Part shown: positions 38,008 to 48,085 of the stretch, one piece after another | Layout of the letters: every line of letters starts with the position of its first letter | Numbering within the stretch: the first letter of the stretch is position 1 | From: Longimicrobiales bacterium | Lineage (GTDB): Bacteria > Gemmatimonadota > Gemmatimonadetes > Longimicrobiales > Gaopeijiaceae | NCBI GenBank assembly: GCA_965248195.1 | Contig: CBDFIQ010000002.1 | Location: forward strand, 2,624,001 to 2,688,000 | DNA: 64,000 bases | Direction of reading: 5' to 3' | Program-made: the position numbers and the translations under genes | Notes under the pieces: generated by a model | Databases searched by the model: none | Seen by the model: the letters and a program-made list of their open reading frames with translations, nothing else | Told to the model about the DNA's origin: nothing

Positions 38008-39821
38008 CAGGAGAGCCCCTCTTGTACGGACGTCATCGCCTCTGCCGCCCGGTCGAAGAATCCGGACTTCTCCTCCGCGCTGGAGCCTGGAGGAGCGAAG
38101 CGCGCGCGGTCGCACTCGCCCAGGCAATCGAAATACTCCTTCGTGTCTGCCTCCGAAACGCCACGCCTTCGGAGCTCCGCCTCGGCGACTTCAGACATGA
38201 ATCCGGCCTCGGCGACGTTGAGCTTGTCGGCGAGAAATCCGCGCAGCGCCCTCTCGACTTCCGCGTAAAACGCCCGGGCGTCACCTTCCGCCATCACCCG
38301 GCGGGCCTCGCCAAGACGCTTCTTGGCGATCCGCCCGGCTCTTCGCCCCCTCGCGTACGCCACATCGCCCTCGAGCCGGTCCCAGTGCGTTCGTAGGCCC
38401 AAGGCTCCGAGCAGGGCAACAAGCGGCAACAGCGTGACGATCCAGAACCCCGGCGCATCCGTGAGCGAACCTCCGAGCGCTCCGAGGCTCGGAGGGCCGA
38501 TCCGGATGAACCGGATATCCTCGCGCAGGGTCTCCACGCCGGCCCGCCCAATGGGGACCCCGATGATAGCATCTCCCGTCACCTCGAGCCGCAGCGGCTC
38601 CGAGGCAGATGTGGCGTACAGGCCACTCTCGGCGTCGAAGTAGCTCATTTCGACAGGAGGGATGCTCTTTTCTCCGGGCGACCTCGGAATCAGCACGTAG
38701 GTGTAGGCTCTACTCCCACGAATACGGGAGCCGGCGCGATCGATCGTCTCCGTGACCTCGGGGGGAAAGACCTCGAAGTCCCCGGGGAAGTCGATGATGG
38801 GCGCCGCCAAGCCCCGGAGATTGCCCTCTCCCTCTACGATCAGCTCCAGCGTCACGGCGTCGTTGGTCTCGACACTGGATCGATCGATCGAGGCGCTCAC
38901 ATTCAGCCGGCCCACCAGCCCGGTGAAGCTCTGAGGCCTCCCCGCCACCGGAAGTGGCAGGACTTCGACTTCCACCGGGTTCGATACGATTACCGCCGGA
39001 ACCTGTGATCCGAAGAGCGAACCCCCGCCGAAGAAGTCATCGAAAATGCTCCGCGCCTGCCTTCGAACTTGCACGCTCACCTCGACGCTCAGCGGCTCGA
39101 TGGTCTTGGTCCCCGACCCCGCAGGAAAGAGAACGACGCGCCGGACCACGGCGGTCGTATACGGCTGTCCGCCCCGAACCCTCTGTTCGACCTCTGGGTT
39201 CTGCGGACCGGGGACCTCTTCCACCCAGAAGCCCTCGCTCTCGCCTAGGTCGACAAGGGTGAAAGAGGTGACGTTTACGCGGGTGAACAGCCGGTAACTC
39301 ACTTCGATCGGCTCGTTCTGGTACACACGGGTTTTGCCGACTTCCGCCACGATGAAGAGATCGTCGGGGCCGACACCGGCCGGATTTTGGGGTCCAGACC
39401 CACCCCCCACCGCCGCGCCCGCCGTGGAAACGGTCAATGTGACCGGCTGCGTCCGCAGCACCTGCCCCCCGGCCTCGACCTCGACGACCCCGATCTCGAA
39501 GGTGCCCTCCCGGATCGCCCGGTAACGGTATTGGATGATCAAAGAGACGGTCGTTACGCCGTTGATCATCTGCACGCTCGTGGAGGAGTTGCGGCCGATG
39601 TAGCGGGAAAAGTCTCCCAAGTCCGGGAGTGAGGGCTCCACATCCATCTGATTCGTGCCCCTTACCTCCACGTCGAGGGTGAACTGGCCATTCAACGGGA
39701 CCACGGACGGGGTTACCGAGGCGTGAGCCTCGAGCTGCACAGCGGCCACATCGAAGGGTGCGGCCACACCCGCACCGACGACCCCGAAAAAGACGGTCGC
39801 CACCCAATCCAAGCCACGCAT
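38007..39821 (-). CDS. batD: BatD family protein
   Basis: STSVQMING, VYQNEPI, GFWVEE, GEGNL, Y.LIPR and DIRFI motifs; operon position. Confidence 0.88.
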   Translation of the reverse strand: MRGLDWVATVFFGVVGAGVAAPFDVAAVQLEAHASVTPSVVPLNGQFTLDVEVRGTNQMDVEPSLPDLGDFSRYIGRNSSTSVQMINGVTTVSLIIQYRYRAIREGTFEIGVVEVEAGGQVLRTQPVTLTVSTAGAAVGGGSGPQNPAGVGPDDLFIVAEVGKTRVYQNEPIEVSYRLFTRVNVTSFTLVDLGESEGFWVEEVPGPQNPEVEQRVRGGQPYTTAVVRRVVLFPAGSGTKTIEPLSVEVSVQVRRQARSIFDDFFGGGSLFGSQVPAVIVSNPVEVEVLPLPVAGRPQSFTGLVGRLNVSASIDRSSVETNDAVTLELIVEGEGNLRGLAAPIIDFPGDFEVFPPEVTETIDRAGSRIRGSRAYTYVLIPRSPGEKSIPPVEMSYFDAESGLYATSASEPLRLEVTGDAIIGVPIGRAGVETLREDIRFIRIGPPSLGALGGSLTDAPGFWIVTLLPLVALLGALGLRTHWDRLEGDVAYARGRRAGRIAKKRLGEARRVMAEGDARAFYAEVERALRGFLADKLNVAEAGFMSEVAEAELRRRGVSEADTKEYFDCLGECDRARFAPPGSSAEEKSGFFDRAAEAMTSVQEGLS

Positions 39822-39830
39822 CGTCCGTCC

Positions 39831-40589
39831 CTACCAGGGTTTGCTGGGGCGCCGGCCCCGCAGGGGCGCTTGGCGCCGGTTGACTTCACCCGGATCCTCC
39901 TGGACCCCTTGAAGCAGCCGCTCGGCCTCTTCCTCCGTCATCTCACCGGGCGCTGGTTCGGGCTGCTGCTCCTGCTCCTGGTCCTGGTCCTGGTCCTGAT
40001 CCTGGTCCTCGTCCCGTCGTTCTTCCTGGTCCTGTGGCTCCTGGTTCTGCTCCCCGTCTTGATTCTCTTGCTCCTCGTCCTGCTGGCTCTCGTCCCCGTC
40101 CTCCGACTGCGGGTCCTGATCCGGTTGCTGAAGCTGCTGCTCGAGGGCCAACTCGAGATTGTGCTTGTAGTCGATCTCTCCCGGATCGATGCGGAGGGCC
40201 TGTTTGTACGCTTCGGCGCTTTCCTGGAACCTCTGCTCGCGGTAGAGGCCGTTCCCCAGGTTGTACCAGGCGGGTGCTGCAAGGGCCGGGTCGCCCGATT
40301 CGATCGCCCCGCGGTATGCATCCAAGGCCCGGACGTACTCTTCAGATTGGTAGAGCGCGTTCCCATCATTGAAGAGAGCGAGCGGCAAGTCGGGCGCCTC
40401 TCGAAGGGCCTCCAGATATTTTTCGTGCGCCTCGGGGAAGCGACCCTCTTCGTAGAGGCGGTTGCCGTCGTTGAGCTCGACGCGGCCCCGCTGAGCGGCG
40501 ACCCCACTCGGCAGGGCGCCGATGAGTACCACCGCGCCCGCCGCCGCCAACACGGCTCCCCATCTCATCGAGATCCTTCCGCCGCTCAT
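39831..40589 (-). CDS. batC: BatC-like TPR protein with a Q/D/E-rich tail
   Basis: WYNLGN, YKQALRIDP, KHNLELA, low-complexity linker, MTEEEAERLL and a terminal KPW. Confidence 0.85.
   Translation of the reverse strand: MSGGRISMRWGAVLAAAGAVVLIGALPSGVAAQRGRVELNDGNRLYEEGRFPEAHEKYLEALREAPDLPLALFNDGNALYQSEEYVRALDAYRGAIESGDPALAAPAWYNLGNGLYREQRFQESAEAYKQALRIDPGEIDYKHNLELALEQQLQQPDQDPQSEDGDESQQDEEQENQDGEQNQEPQDQEERRDEDQDQDQDQDQEQEQQPEPAPGEMTEEEAERLLQGVQEDPGEVNRRQAPLRGRRPSKPW
39963..40010. repeat. Coding hexamer repeat (DQ/EQ) in batC
   Basis: Run of TCCTGG/TCCTGC units. Confidence 0.8.
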
Positions 40590-41617
40590 GAGAACCTCCC
40601 GGCCCACACCTCTTTCTTCCGCCGGCGCTCGCGGATCAAACCCTCCACGAGCAGTAGGACCAACGCGAACCCGAGGAAAAGCTGGAACTGTTCGTCGAAT
40701 TGTGTGATCTCCCGTGCTTCCAGTTCGCGACCCTCTCCACCGGTGATCTCCTCGACCAGAGGATCCAAGTTCGCGCCGAGCCCCAACGCTGGAAAATATC
40801 GACCTCCGGTGGCCTGAGCGACACGCTCCAGCGTCGATTCATCCAGCCGCGTGGTCACGACGGTGCCTGATTCGTCTCGGATGAAACCGCTCCGTTCCCC
40901 CGAGGCCGTGAACTCCGGAATCGGGACCCCTTCGAGCGACCCGATACCGACCGTGTGGATCTGTATCCCCTCGTCGAGGGCGCGCTCGAGTGCCCCTTCG
41001 ATCTCACCCTCGTGGTCTTCCCCGTCGGTGACCACGATGAGCACCCGATGGTCCCGCGTCCCCTCCTCGAACGCATCCAGGGCCACGGTGAGCGCTTCGC
41101 CCAGGTTGGTCCCCTGGATGGGGATCAGACCGGGATCCATGGCGTTCAGGAAGAGGGCAGCCGCACCGTAATCCACGGTGAGCGGGCTTTGGACGAAGGC
41201 GTTCCCGGCGAAGGCAACGAGGCCGATACGGTCCCCGTCCAGGCGCTGAAGGATGCGCATGATTTCCAGGCGTGCCCGCTCCAACCGGTTCGGCGCAACA
41301 TCCTCGGCCAGCATGGACCGCGAAACGTCGAGCGCCACCATCACGTCCTGTCCCTCACTCCTCACGGTCTCGACGCGGGTCCCGAACTGCGGACGAGCAA
41401 GGGCCAGGATGAGGAAGGCGACCGCCAGCAGGATGAGGCCACTCTTGGCCGCCCGCGCCCTTCGGCTGAGGGTCGCGCTCAACTTCTGCACAAGCGCCAG
41501 ATCTCCGAACTGGGCCAGCGCCCGTCTTCGTGCCTGACGCGCTCCCCAGAAGAACACACCCAGAGCCGGGACCAGGAGCAGCCCGAAGAGGATCTCAGTC
41601 GACACGAAGCGGAACAT
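40586..41617 (-). CDS. batB: BatB-like VWA domain protein
   Basis: ALARPQFG, DVSRSMLAED (MIDAS), SPLTVDY, TDGEDHEG and TTRLDE. Confidence 0.9.
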   Translation of the reverse strand: MFRFVSTEILFGLLLVPALGVFFWGARQARRRALAQFGDLALVQKLSATLSRRARAAKSGLILLAVAFLILALARPQFGTRVETVRSEGQDVMVALDVSRSMLAEDVAPNRLERARLEIMRILQRLDGDRIGLVAFAGNAFVQSPLTVDYGAAALFLNAMDPGLIPIQGTNLGEALTVALDAFEEGTRDHRVLIVVTDGEDHEGEIEGALERALDEGIQIHTVGIGSLEGVPIPEFTASGERSGFIRDESGTVVTTRLDESTLERVAQATGGRYFPALGLGANLDPLVEEITGGEGRELEAREITQFDEQFQLFLGFALVLLLVEGLIRERRRKKEVWAGRFS

Positions 41618-41643
41618 GGCGGTACGGGTCTTCTCCTGAACGG

Positions 41644-42630
41644 TTACGGTAACTTGCGAAGGACGGTCTGGCCGAGGCCGACCTCGAGGAGCAAAAGCAG
41701 CAGACCCGCAGCCAGAGGATAATGGAAGAGCTCGCCATAACTCGTGAAGTTCTCCACTTCTATTTCCGTCGTCTCGAGGGCGTCGATTTCCTCGTAGATC
41801 TGGCCGAGGCCCTCCCGGTTGGTCGCGCGGAAGTACCGGCCACCGGTGGTCTCTGCCACCTCCTGCAGCGAGGCCTCGTCGATGTCGACTTCCACGGTGA
41901 CGTACTGGCGACCGCGGAGCCGATCGTCGATCGGTACTCGTGCCATGCCCTGGCTACCCGCCCCGATCGTGTACACCCTCACACCCAGTGCCTGAGCCAT
42001 CTGGCCGGCGGTCACCGGGCCAATTTCCCCGGTGTTGCTCCGCCCATCGGTGAGCAGCACGACCACCTGTGACTCGGCGTCTGAGGCCTGAAGCCGCTTG
42101 ACGGCCGTGGCGAGGCCCATGCCCACGGCGGTCCCATCCTCGATCATGCCAACCTCCATCTGGCCGAGAAGGTCCGTGACAACGGAGTAGTCGAGTGTAA
42201 GGGGGACCTGCGTAAAAGCCTCTCCAGCGAATACCACCAACCCGATGCGGTCGTTTCGTCGGCCCTCGACGAACTCCGCAGCCACGCCCTTCGCTGCCTC
42301 CAAACGGTTGGGCTCCAGGTCCTCGGCCAGCATGGAGCTCGACACGTCGATCGCGAGAACGATATCGATACCCTCGGCACTCACGGTCTCGCTGGTGACG
42401 CCGGTCTGGGGCCGAGAGAAGGCAACGATGAGAGCGGCGAGCGCGAATACGCGCAGGGCGAAAAGAACGTGCCTTCTCCGACCGGTGCGCCGCACATCGG
42501 ACTGCCTGAGCGATTCCACGTCCGAGTATCGGATCGCCCCGGAGCGACGCCGACGTGCGTACACATAAACGAGGGCCGGTATCGCCAGGATAAAAAACAG
42601 GAAATGGGGATCCTCGAAACGGTACATCAT
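41644..42630 (-). CDS. batA: BatA-like VWA domain protein
   Basis: GIDIVLAIDVSSSMLAED, DGTAVGMGLA, LLTDG and GGRYFRAT. Confidence 0.9.
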   Translation of the reverse strand: MMYRFEDPHFLFFILAIPALVYVYARRRRSGAIRYSDVESLRQSDVRRTGRRRHVLFALRVFALAALIVAFSRPQTGVTSETVSAEGIDIVLAIDVSSSMLAEDLEPNRLEAAKGVAAEFVEGRRNDRIGLVVFAGEAFTQVPLTLDYSVVTDLLGQMEVGMIEDGTAVGMGLATAVKRLQASDAESQVVVLLTDGRSNTGEIGPVTAGQMAQALGVRVYTIGAGSQGMARVPIDDRLRGRQYVTVEVDIDEASLQEVAETTGGRYFRATNREGLGQIYEEIDALETTEIEVENFTSYGELFHYPLAAGLLLLLLEVGLGQTVLRKLP

Positions 42631-43727
42631 CCCCCCGCAGAGTCGGTGGGGATTTGCGCAGGCGCGAGCGCCTCATCGTCCTCCGTGTCCTGCGCCGCCG
42701 CCACAGAGAGCCCCTCGGCATCACTGGGTGGGGCGTCCCATTCGCCGGCTCCGCCCGTTGAGCCCAGACCCTCGACGACCTGGTCTACACGCGGCTGGGT
42801 CCGATCCACGAACGCACGAGCGGCCTCGAGGATGTCCCGGCAGGCGTCGGGTGCAGGCCGAAGTTTGGCGAATTTCACGAGGTCGCAGCGGCTGGCGAAC
42901 CCCTCGAAGGCCTGGACGTCATCCTCCGGGAGATCCGCGCCCCGAAGCCCCTCGACCACCTCGCCCGTGGTCATCTCCAAGGCGTACACACCAAAGCGAC
43001 CTTCGACGTAGGTCCGGATGATCTCAGAAGCGAGGATGTGGTACTCCTTGATCTCTCCGCGCTCCAGGAGGTGGGACGCCTCCAGGCGGGCGAGCGCTTC
43101 GTAGGCGTCCTCGTGCGGAAAGCGTGGAATGACCACCGACCGGCGCGGGCTGGCCTCAACGGGCCTGCGCTTGACCCACAGCCAGTACCCGAGCCCAACG
43201 AGCAGCGCCAGCAGAAGGATCCACGGCAGAACGTGGATCACACTCAGCGGGATGCCGAGCGGCCCCCGGATGGCACGGATGTCCCCCCCTTCGTCCAACC
43301 CGACGCTCTGAACCGTAATCACGTAAGGATCCGTCGAGAGCGTAGTCGAGGACCCGTCCGGCGCCTCCACCCGGATTTCGAAACTCGGAATCTCGAGGTC
43401 CCCGAGCTCGAACGCGGCCAAGGTGAATCGCGCACCCGTGATGGTGCGCCCGCCCTCGTTGGCCGGCGGAAGTATTTCGGCTCCTAGCACCTCGACCGTG
43501 CCGAAACCGAGCGAGTCCGGCCACACCACGATGGCAGCCGGATCGTGCTCCACCCGCACCGTGAACTCCATCCGGTCGCCGACCGAGACCAACGCCGTGT
43601 CCAACTCGGTACGGATCCGGGGCGCCTGGGCGCGGAGCGGCACCGGTGCCAAGGCTACCAGAAGTGCAGCCTCGATAAGGGCAGCCGAAATGCGCCGGCG
43701 AGCGGCCCACCGCACCCGTACCCTCAT
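42627..43727 (-). CDS. Bat-operon-associated membrane protein (BatD-like Ig domain)
   Basis: Signal peptide, DIRAIRGP, TM helix, IIRTYVEGRFG..ALEMTT.E and DLVKFAK; lies between DUF58 and batA. Confidence 0.8.
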   Translation of the reverse strand: MRVRVRWAARRRISAALIEAALLVALAPVPLRAQAPRIRTELDTALVSVGDRMEFTVRVEHDPAAIVVWPDSLGFGTVEVLGAEILPPANEGGRTITGARFTLAAFELGDLEIPSFEIRVEAPDGSSTTLSTDPYVITVQSVGLDEGGDIRAIRGPLGIPLSVIHVLPWILLLALLVGLGYWLWVKRRPVEASPRRSVVIPRFPHEDAYEALARLEASHLLERGEIKEYHILASEIIRTYVEGRFGVYALEMTTGEVVEGLRGADLPEDDVQAFEGFASRCDLVKFAKLRPAPDACRDILEAARAFVDRTQPRVDQVVEGLGSTGGAGEWDAPPSDAEGLSVAAAQDTEDDEALAPAQIPTDSAGG

Positions 43728-44602
43728 CTGAATCGCCCCTCACGTTCCTTGAAGAAGCGCATCAGCGGCTGCACATACGGCTGGTCTGTCTGGATGTCGA
43801 TCACATCCACCCGGCTGTGCCGGAAGGTTCGCCCCAGATCGGACTGCACCCGGGCCGCCCGCTCCGTGAACTCCGCCTGGAAGCGGGGGTCGGCCGTATT
43901 AACCGTGTGCAGCTTACCAGTCTCCGCGTCCTCGAATTCCATGTATCCAAGCGGGGGGAGTGATGTCTCCCGATCATCCCCCAAGCGCACCGCAATCAGA
44001 TCGTGCCGCCTTCCGGCGACGGACAGCGGCTTCTCGAACCGGGGAGCTTTGAAATCCGACACGAGGAACACGACGGCTCGACGCTTGATCACGTGGGTCA
44101 GATATTCGAGGGCACCGCGGATGTCCGTCCCACGTCCCTCTGGCTTGTGGTAGAAGAGCTCCCTCAGCACGCGGAGCACATGAGGACGGCCCTTTCGGGG
44201 GGGTACGAACTTCTCGATGCGGTCGCTGAAAATGATCAGGCCGACTTTGTCGTTGTTTTTGATGGCAGAGAACGCCAACAACGCGCAGATCTCCACTGCC
44301 ACCTCGCCCTTCATCCGCTCGCGCGTTCCGAAGTCCCCGGATGCGCTCACGTCCACGACCAACATGACGGTGAGCTCCCGCTCCTCTTCGAACACCTTGA
44401 CGAAGGGGTCCCCCGTGCGGGCCGTGACGTTCCAGTCGATGCTGCGGATATCGTCGCCGTACTGATACTCCCGTACCTCGGCGAAATTCATCCCCCGTCC
44501 CTTGAAAACGGAGTGGTATTCACCTGAGAAGACCTCGTTTACGAGGCCACGGGTCCTGATCTCGACACGACGGACCTTTTTGAGGATCTCCCGCGGGATC
44601 AT
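43724..44602 (-). CDS. DUF58 domain-containing protein
   Basis: FKGRGMNFAEVREYQYGDDIRSIDWNVTAR and FEEERELTV. Confidence 0.93.
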   Translation of the reverse strand: MIPREILKKVRRVEIRTRGLVNEVFSGEYHSVFKGRGMNFAEVREYQYGDDIRSIDWNVTARTGDPFVKVFEEERELTVMLVVDVSASGDFGTRERMKGEVAVEICALLAFSAIKNNDKVGLIIFSDRIEKFVPPRKGRPHVLRVLRELFYHKPEGRGTDIRGALEYLTHVIKRRAVVFLVSDFKAPRFEKPLSVAGRRHDLIAVRLGDDRETSLPPLGYMEFEDAETGKLHTVNTADPRFQAEFTERAARVQSDLGRTFRHSRVDVIDIQTDQPYVQPLMRFFKEREGRFR

Positions 44603-44673
44603 GGACGCTGCTCCGGCGCGGCGCGACTCGTGAACGAGGTCATGCTATGCTCCTCCCATGCTCCTCACCGAAC

Positions 44674-45717
44674 CTAGGGCACCTCGATACTGTCGAGTAC
44701 GCGCGTCACCACGTCCTCCGGCGTGACCTCCTCCGCCTCGGCCTCGTAGGTGAGGAGCACACGGTGCCGCATCACATCGAGACCGACGGCCCGGACGTCC
44801 TCGGGGGTTACGTAACCCCGGCGTCGGAGGAAGGCATGCGCACGCGCGGCCTTCGCCAGGTTGATCGTCGCACGGGGCGAAGCGCCGAAGCGGATGAGGT
44901 CCACGAGGTCGGCGAGACCGTGGGCGGCGGGGTCTCGAGTCGCGAAGACGAGCTCCACGATGTACCGCTCGACCTGATTGTCCATATAGATCATCTGGAC
45001 AGCGCGCCGCGCCCGCAGAATCTCCTCGGGTGTGATGATCGTGGAGACCTCATGCGCCGGCCCACCCGCCACCCGGCGGAGGATTTCCACTTCCTCATCC
45101 TTGTTCGGGTATCCGACCGACAACTTCAGCATGAAGCGGTCGACCTGGGCCTCGGGGAGTGGATACGTGCCTTCTTGCTCGATCGGGTTCTGCGTAGCGA
45201 GAACGAGGAAGGGGTCGTCCAGGGGAAAGGTGTTCTGTCCGATCGTGACCTGATGCTCCTGCATCGCCTCCAGCAGCGCCGCCTGTACCTTCGCTGGCGA
45301 GCGGTTGATCTCGTCGGCCAGGATGACATTGGCGAAGATCGGGCCCTTCTTCGTTTGAAACTCCGACGATTTGGGATCGTAGATCAATGTCCCGATCAGG
45401 TCCGCCGGCAAGAGGTCGGGCGTGAACTGAATGCGCTGGAACGAAGTCTTTATCACCTTGGCCAGCGTGCTGACCGTGAGCGTTTTCGCCAGCCCGGGGA
45501 CGCCCTCCATGAGCACATGGCCATCCGCCAGTAGTCCGATGAGCAACCGCTCCACCATGTACCGCTGCCCCACGATTACGTGGGCCACCTCGTCCTGCAG
45601 GCGGCTCACGAAGCCGCTCTCTTCCTGGATCTTGGCCTGGATGACCTCGATGTCCGCGTGCATCCCAGGCGCGGATCGGGCTTCGGGCACCGTGTCCATC
45701 AAATCTTGATCTGCCAT
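44674..45717 (-). CDS. moxR: MoxR-family AAA+ ATPase
   Basis: GVPGLAKT, RIQFTPDLLPAD, LADEINR, ATQNPIEQEGTYPLPEAQVDRF and GASPRA. Start ATG at 45717 is inferred. Confidence 0.95.
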   Translation of the reverse strand: MADQDLMDTVPEARSAPGMHADIEVIQAKIQEESGFVSRLQDEVAHVIVGQRYMVERLLIGLLADGHVLMEGVPGLAKTLTVSTLAKVIKTSFQRIQFTPDLLPADLIGTLIYDPKSSEFQTKKGPIFANVILADEINRSPAKVQAALLEAMQEHQVTIGQNTFPLDDPFLVLATQNPIEQEGTYPLPEAQVDRFMLKLSVGYPNKDEEVEILRRVAGGPAHEVSTIITPEEILRARRAVQMIYMDNQVERYIVELVFATRDPAAHGLADLVDLIRFGASPRATINLAKAARAHAFLRRRGYVTPEDVRAVGLDVMRHRVLLTYEAEAEEVTPEDVVTRVLDSIEVP

Positions 45718-45936
45718 GTAGGTCTTTCCGTCTCCACCTGTTTCGAAAAACAAGGCCACCAAACGATCACTCCTTTGGCTGATCGTCCATGGCACCGCCG
45801 CGAGAATATACCAAATGAGGCGCCCTCGAGGTTCCCAAAGAAGCGTGCGTGAGACCCCTTATCGCGCACGTCGCCCACTGGAGGTCTACAGAGGTGAGAT
45901 CAAGGTAGTCACCTGAGACGTTGCCTCCGGCCTCGA

Positions 45937-47805
45937 TCAGCGTCCCTCCCCCTGCAGCCAGGTTTCAAGGGTAAGCAACGCCCAAAGCTGTTGCGAGAAA
46001 TCAATCTTGCCGTCCATGTGCTCCGCTGCCCGGCCGGTCACGTAATCTCGATCCAGCCATTCCCACAGTCTGGCGTCGGCCGTGAGCACGCGTTCATTCA
46101 GGACCTCACGCCAGGGGCCACGAAACCAGTCCGGAAGTGGCACCGCAAAACCCTGCTTCCCCCGGTCGCGCACAGCGGGTGGAACCACGTCAGAGAACGC
46201 CTTACGCAAGACGTACTTGAGTGTCCCTCTCCGGCGGAGGAGACGCGGTGGGAGACCGGCAGCGTACTCGACCAGGTCGGTGTCCAGAAATGGAACGCGG
46301 AGCTCCATGCTGTTCGCCATCCCCATTCGGTCCGCCTTGACCAGGAGATCATCGACGAGGTAGGTACCGAAGTTTGCGGAGAGCGAGCGAGCGAGAACGT
46401 TGCTTCGCCCGTTCATCGCCTTACGGATGCTGGCCGCCACGTCGGGGAGCGCCGCAGCGTCGAGCTTCATGACCTGCCCCAGGTCGGCCACGAAGAACCC
46501 CACCCAATGGAGCCACCGTTCTTCCTCGGGAAGGCCCGCCGCCTCGAAGAAACGTAGGATTCGTCTTCTCGCACCACGGTGGTGAGGATCGTGGGGTAGG
46601 GCCGACATGATCTTCCGTCCCACCGCCGCGCCCCATCCAGGTACTCTCGAAGCCATTTCCATTGCCCGAAGCCGAAGGTAGCCGCAAAAGAGCTCGTCCG
46701 AGCCCTCGCCTGACAGGGCCACGGTCACATTCTCCTTGGCGAGTTGGGTCACGGCGTACGTGGGCAGGGCAGAAGAGTCCCCAAAGGGTCCGTCGTGCGC
46801 AGCCACCAGCGTATCGAGCTGCTCGATACAGTCCGGACCGATGGCGACCTCATGGTGGACCGTCCCGAGTCGCTTGGAGACCAGCCGCGCGAACGCAGCC
46901 TCGTCGTATTTGGGAGAGCCCGCGAAGCTGGCTGTGAACGTCTGCACCCGCCCATCAGTGAGGGAGCTCACGACGGCTGTAATGATGGTCGAGTCCAAGC
47001 CGCCCGAGAGCAGGACGCCCAGTGGCACGTCGGCGATCAGCCGCCGCTTCACGGATTGGCGAAACAGGCGACGAACCTCCCGCTTCGCCTGGCGCCACGG
47101 CACAGAGCGAGGATCGAAGTCGGCCTGCCAGTAGGTGCGGATCCGCGGCTGGACGCCCTCCTCCACGATCATGCACGAGGCCGGACGAAGTGTGCGGACG
47201 TTTCGGTAGAACGTCCCGGGAGTCGGTACATATCCGAAGGCGAGGTACGACGGAAGTGCCGAGGGATTCAACCCGGCATCGAGATCGGGGCTTCGCATCA
47301 GCCCCTTCAACTCGGAGGCCCAAACAATACGTTCACCGTCGTGGTATACGAACAGGGGCTTGATCCCCATTCGATCACGCCCGAGTAGAAGTCGGCCTGC
47401 CTCATCGTCCCAGATGGCGAAGGCGAACTGACCGCGGAGGTGCTCCACCAGGTCCAGACCCCACTCCTCATAGGCATGAACGACGACCTCGCAATCTCCC
47501 GCCGATCGGAACACGTGGCCGCGATCCTTCAGCCGGCTCCGCAGAGACTCGTAGTTGTAGATCATGCCGTTCACGACGGTCGCGATGGAGCCCGTTTCGT
47601 TCACGATGGGCTGCCCGCCCGTTTCGAGATCGATTACGGCGAGTCGTGTATGACCGAGGACGCAACGACCGGAAGGAGCGCCCCAGGACCCGGACGAGTC
47701 CGGACCACGATGACGCATCTCCGCAGCCATGCGCTCAACGCGGGATCGAGCTTCCTGGGCCAGCGGGGTCGGGCCCCGAGCGACGATTCCAGCAATTCCG
47801 CACAT
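45937..47805 (-). CDS. asnB: Asparagine synthase (glutamine-hydrolysing)-type amidotransferase
   Basis: MCGIAG, HRGPD, LSGGLDS, ALSGEGSDELF and KADRMGMANSMELRVPFLD. Confidence 0.95.
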   Translation of the reverse strand: MCGIAGIVARGPTPLAQEARSRVERMAAEMRHRGPDSSGSWGAPSGRCVLGHTRLAVIDLETGGQPIVNETGSIATVVNGMIYNYESLRSRLKDRGHVFRSAGDCEVVVHAYEEWGLDLVEHLRGQFAFAIWDDEAGRLLLGRDRMGIKPLFVYHDGERIVWASELKGLMRSPDLDAGLNPSALPSYLAFGYVPTPGTFYRNVRTLRPASCMIVEEGVQPRIRTYWQADFDPRSVPWRQAKREVRRLFRQSVKRRLIADVPLGVLLSGGLDSTIITAVVSSLTDGRVQTFTASFAGSPKYDEAAFARLVSKRLGTVHHEVAIGPDCIEQLDTLVAAHDGPFGDSSALPTYAVTQLAKENVTVALSGEGSDELFCGYLRLRAMEMASRVPGWGAAVGRKIMSALPHDPHHRGARRRILRFFEAAGLPEEERWLHWVGFFVADLGQVMKLDAAALPDVAASIRKAMNGRSNVLARSLSANFGTYLVDDLLVKADRMGMANSMELRVPFLDTDLVEYAAGLPPRLLRRRGTLKYVLRKAFSDVVPPAVRDRGKQGFAVPLPDWFRGPWREVLNERVLTADARLWEWLDRDYVTGRAAEHMDGKIDFSQQLWALLTLETWLQGEGR

Positions 47806-47935
47806 GCTCAGAGGCCTGGTGAAGAAGTGGGGCGAGTCACCGCCCGCAGGGTTTCACGAACTTCATGTCGGAGAGGAGTCGCGGTCCACAAGTTAGCGTG
47901 CCCCCTTTATTAGCCTGCCCCCTTTAGGTGTTGCA

Positions 47936-47964
47936 TGGTAGACTATATGTAGCACATGTAGCAC
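47936..47964 (+). promoter_or_regulatory. Possible extended -10 box plus 9-bp tandem repeat in the asnB/rfbG divergent region
   Basis: TGGTAGACT followed by ATGTAGCAC twice (47947-47964). Confidence 0.3.
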
Positions 47965-48085
47965 CCCGGAGGGGACACTTCCACTGAGCCTGCGCCCGGT
48001 GAATTCACTCGGGATGGCGTTTCGCAACGGAGGAGTGATGGCGACACGGGGGGCTGCGTGGGCGTCCTCCAAGGTGGGAGCAGAC

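Noticed and set aside
39963..40140. Q/D/E low-complexity tract as a novel repeat system
   Set aside because: Such linkers are a normal feature of BatC proteins.
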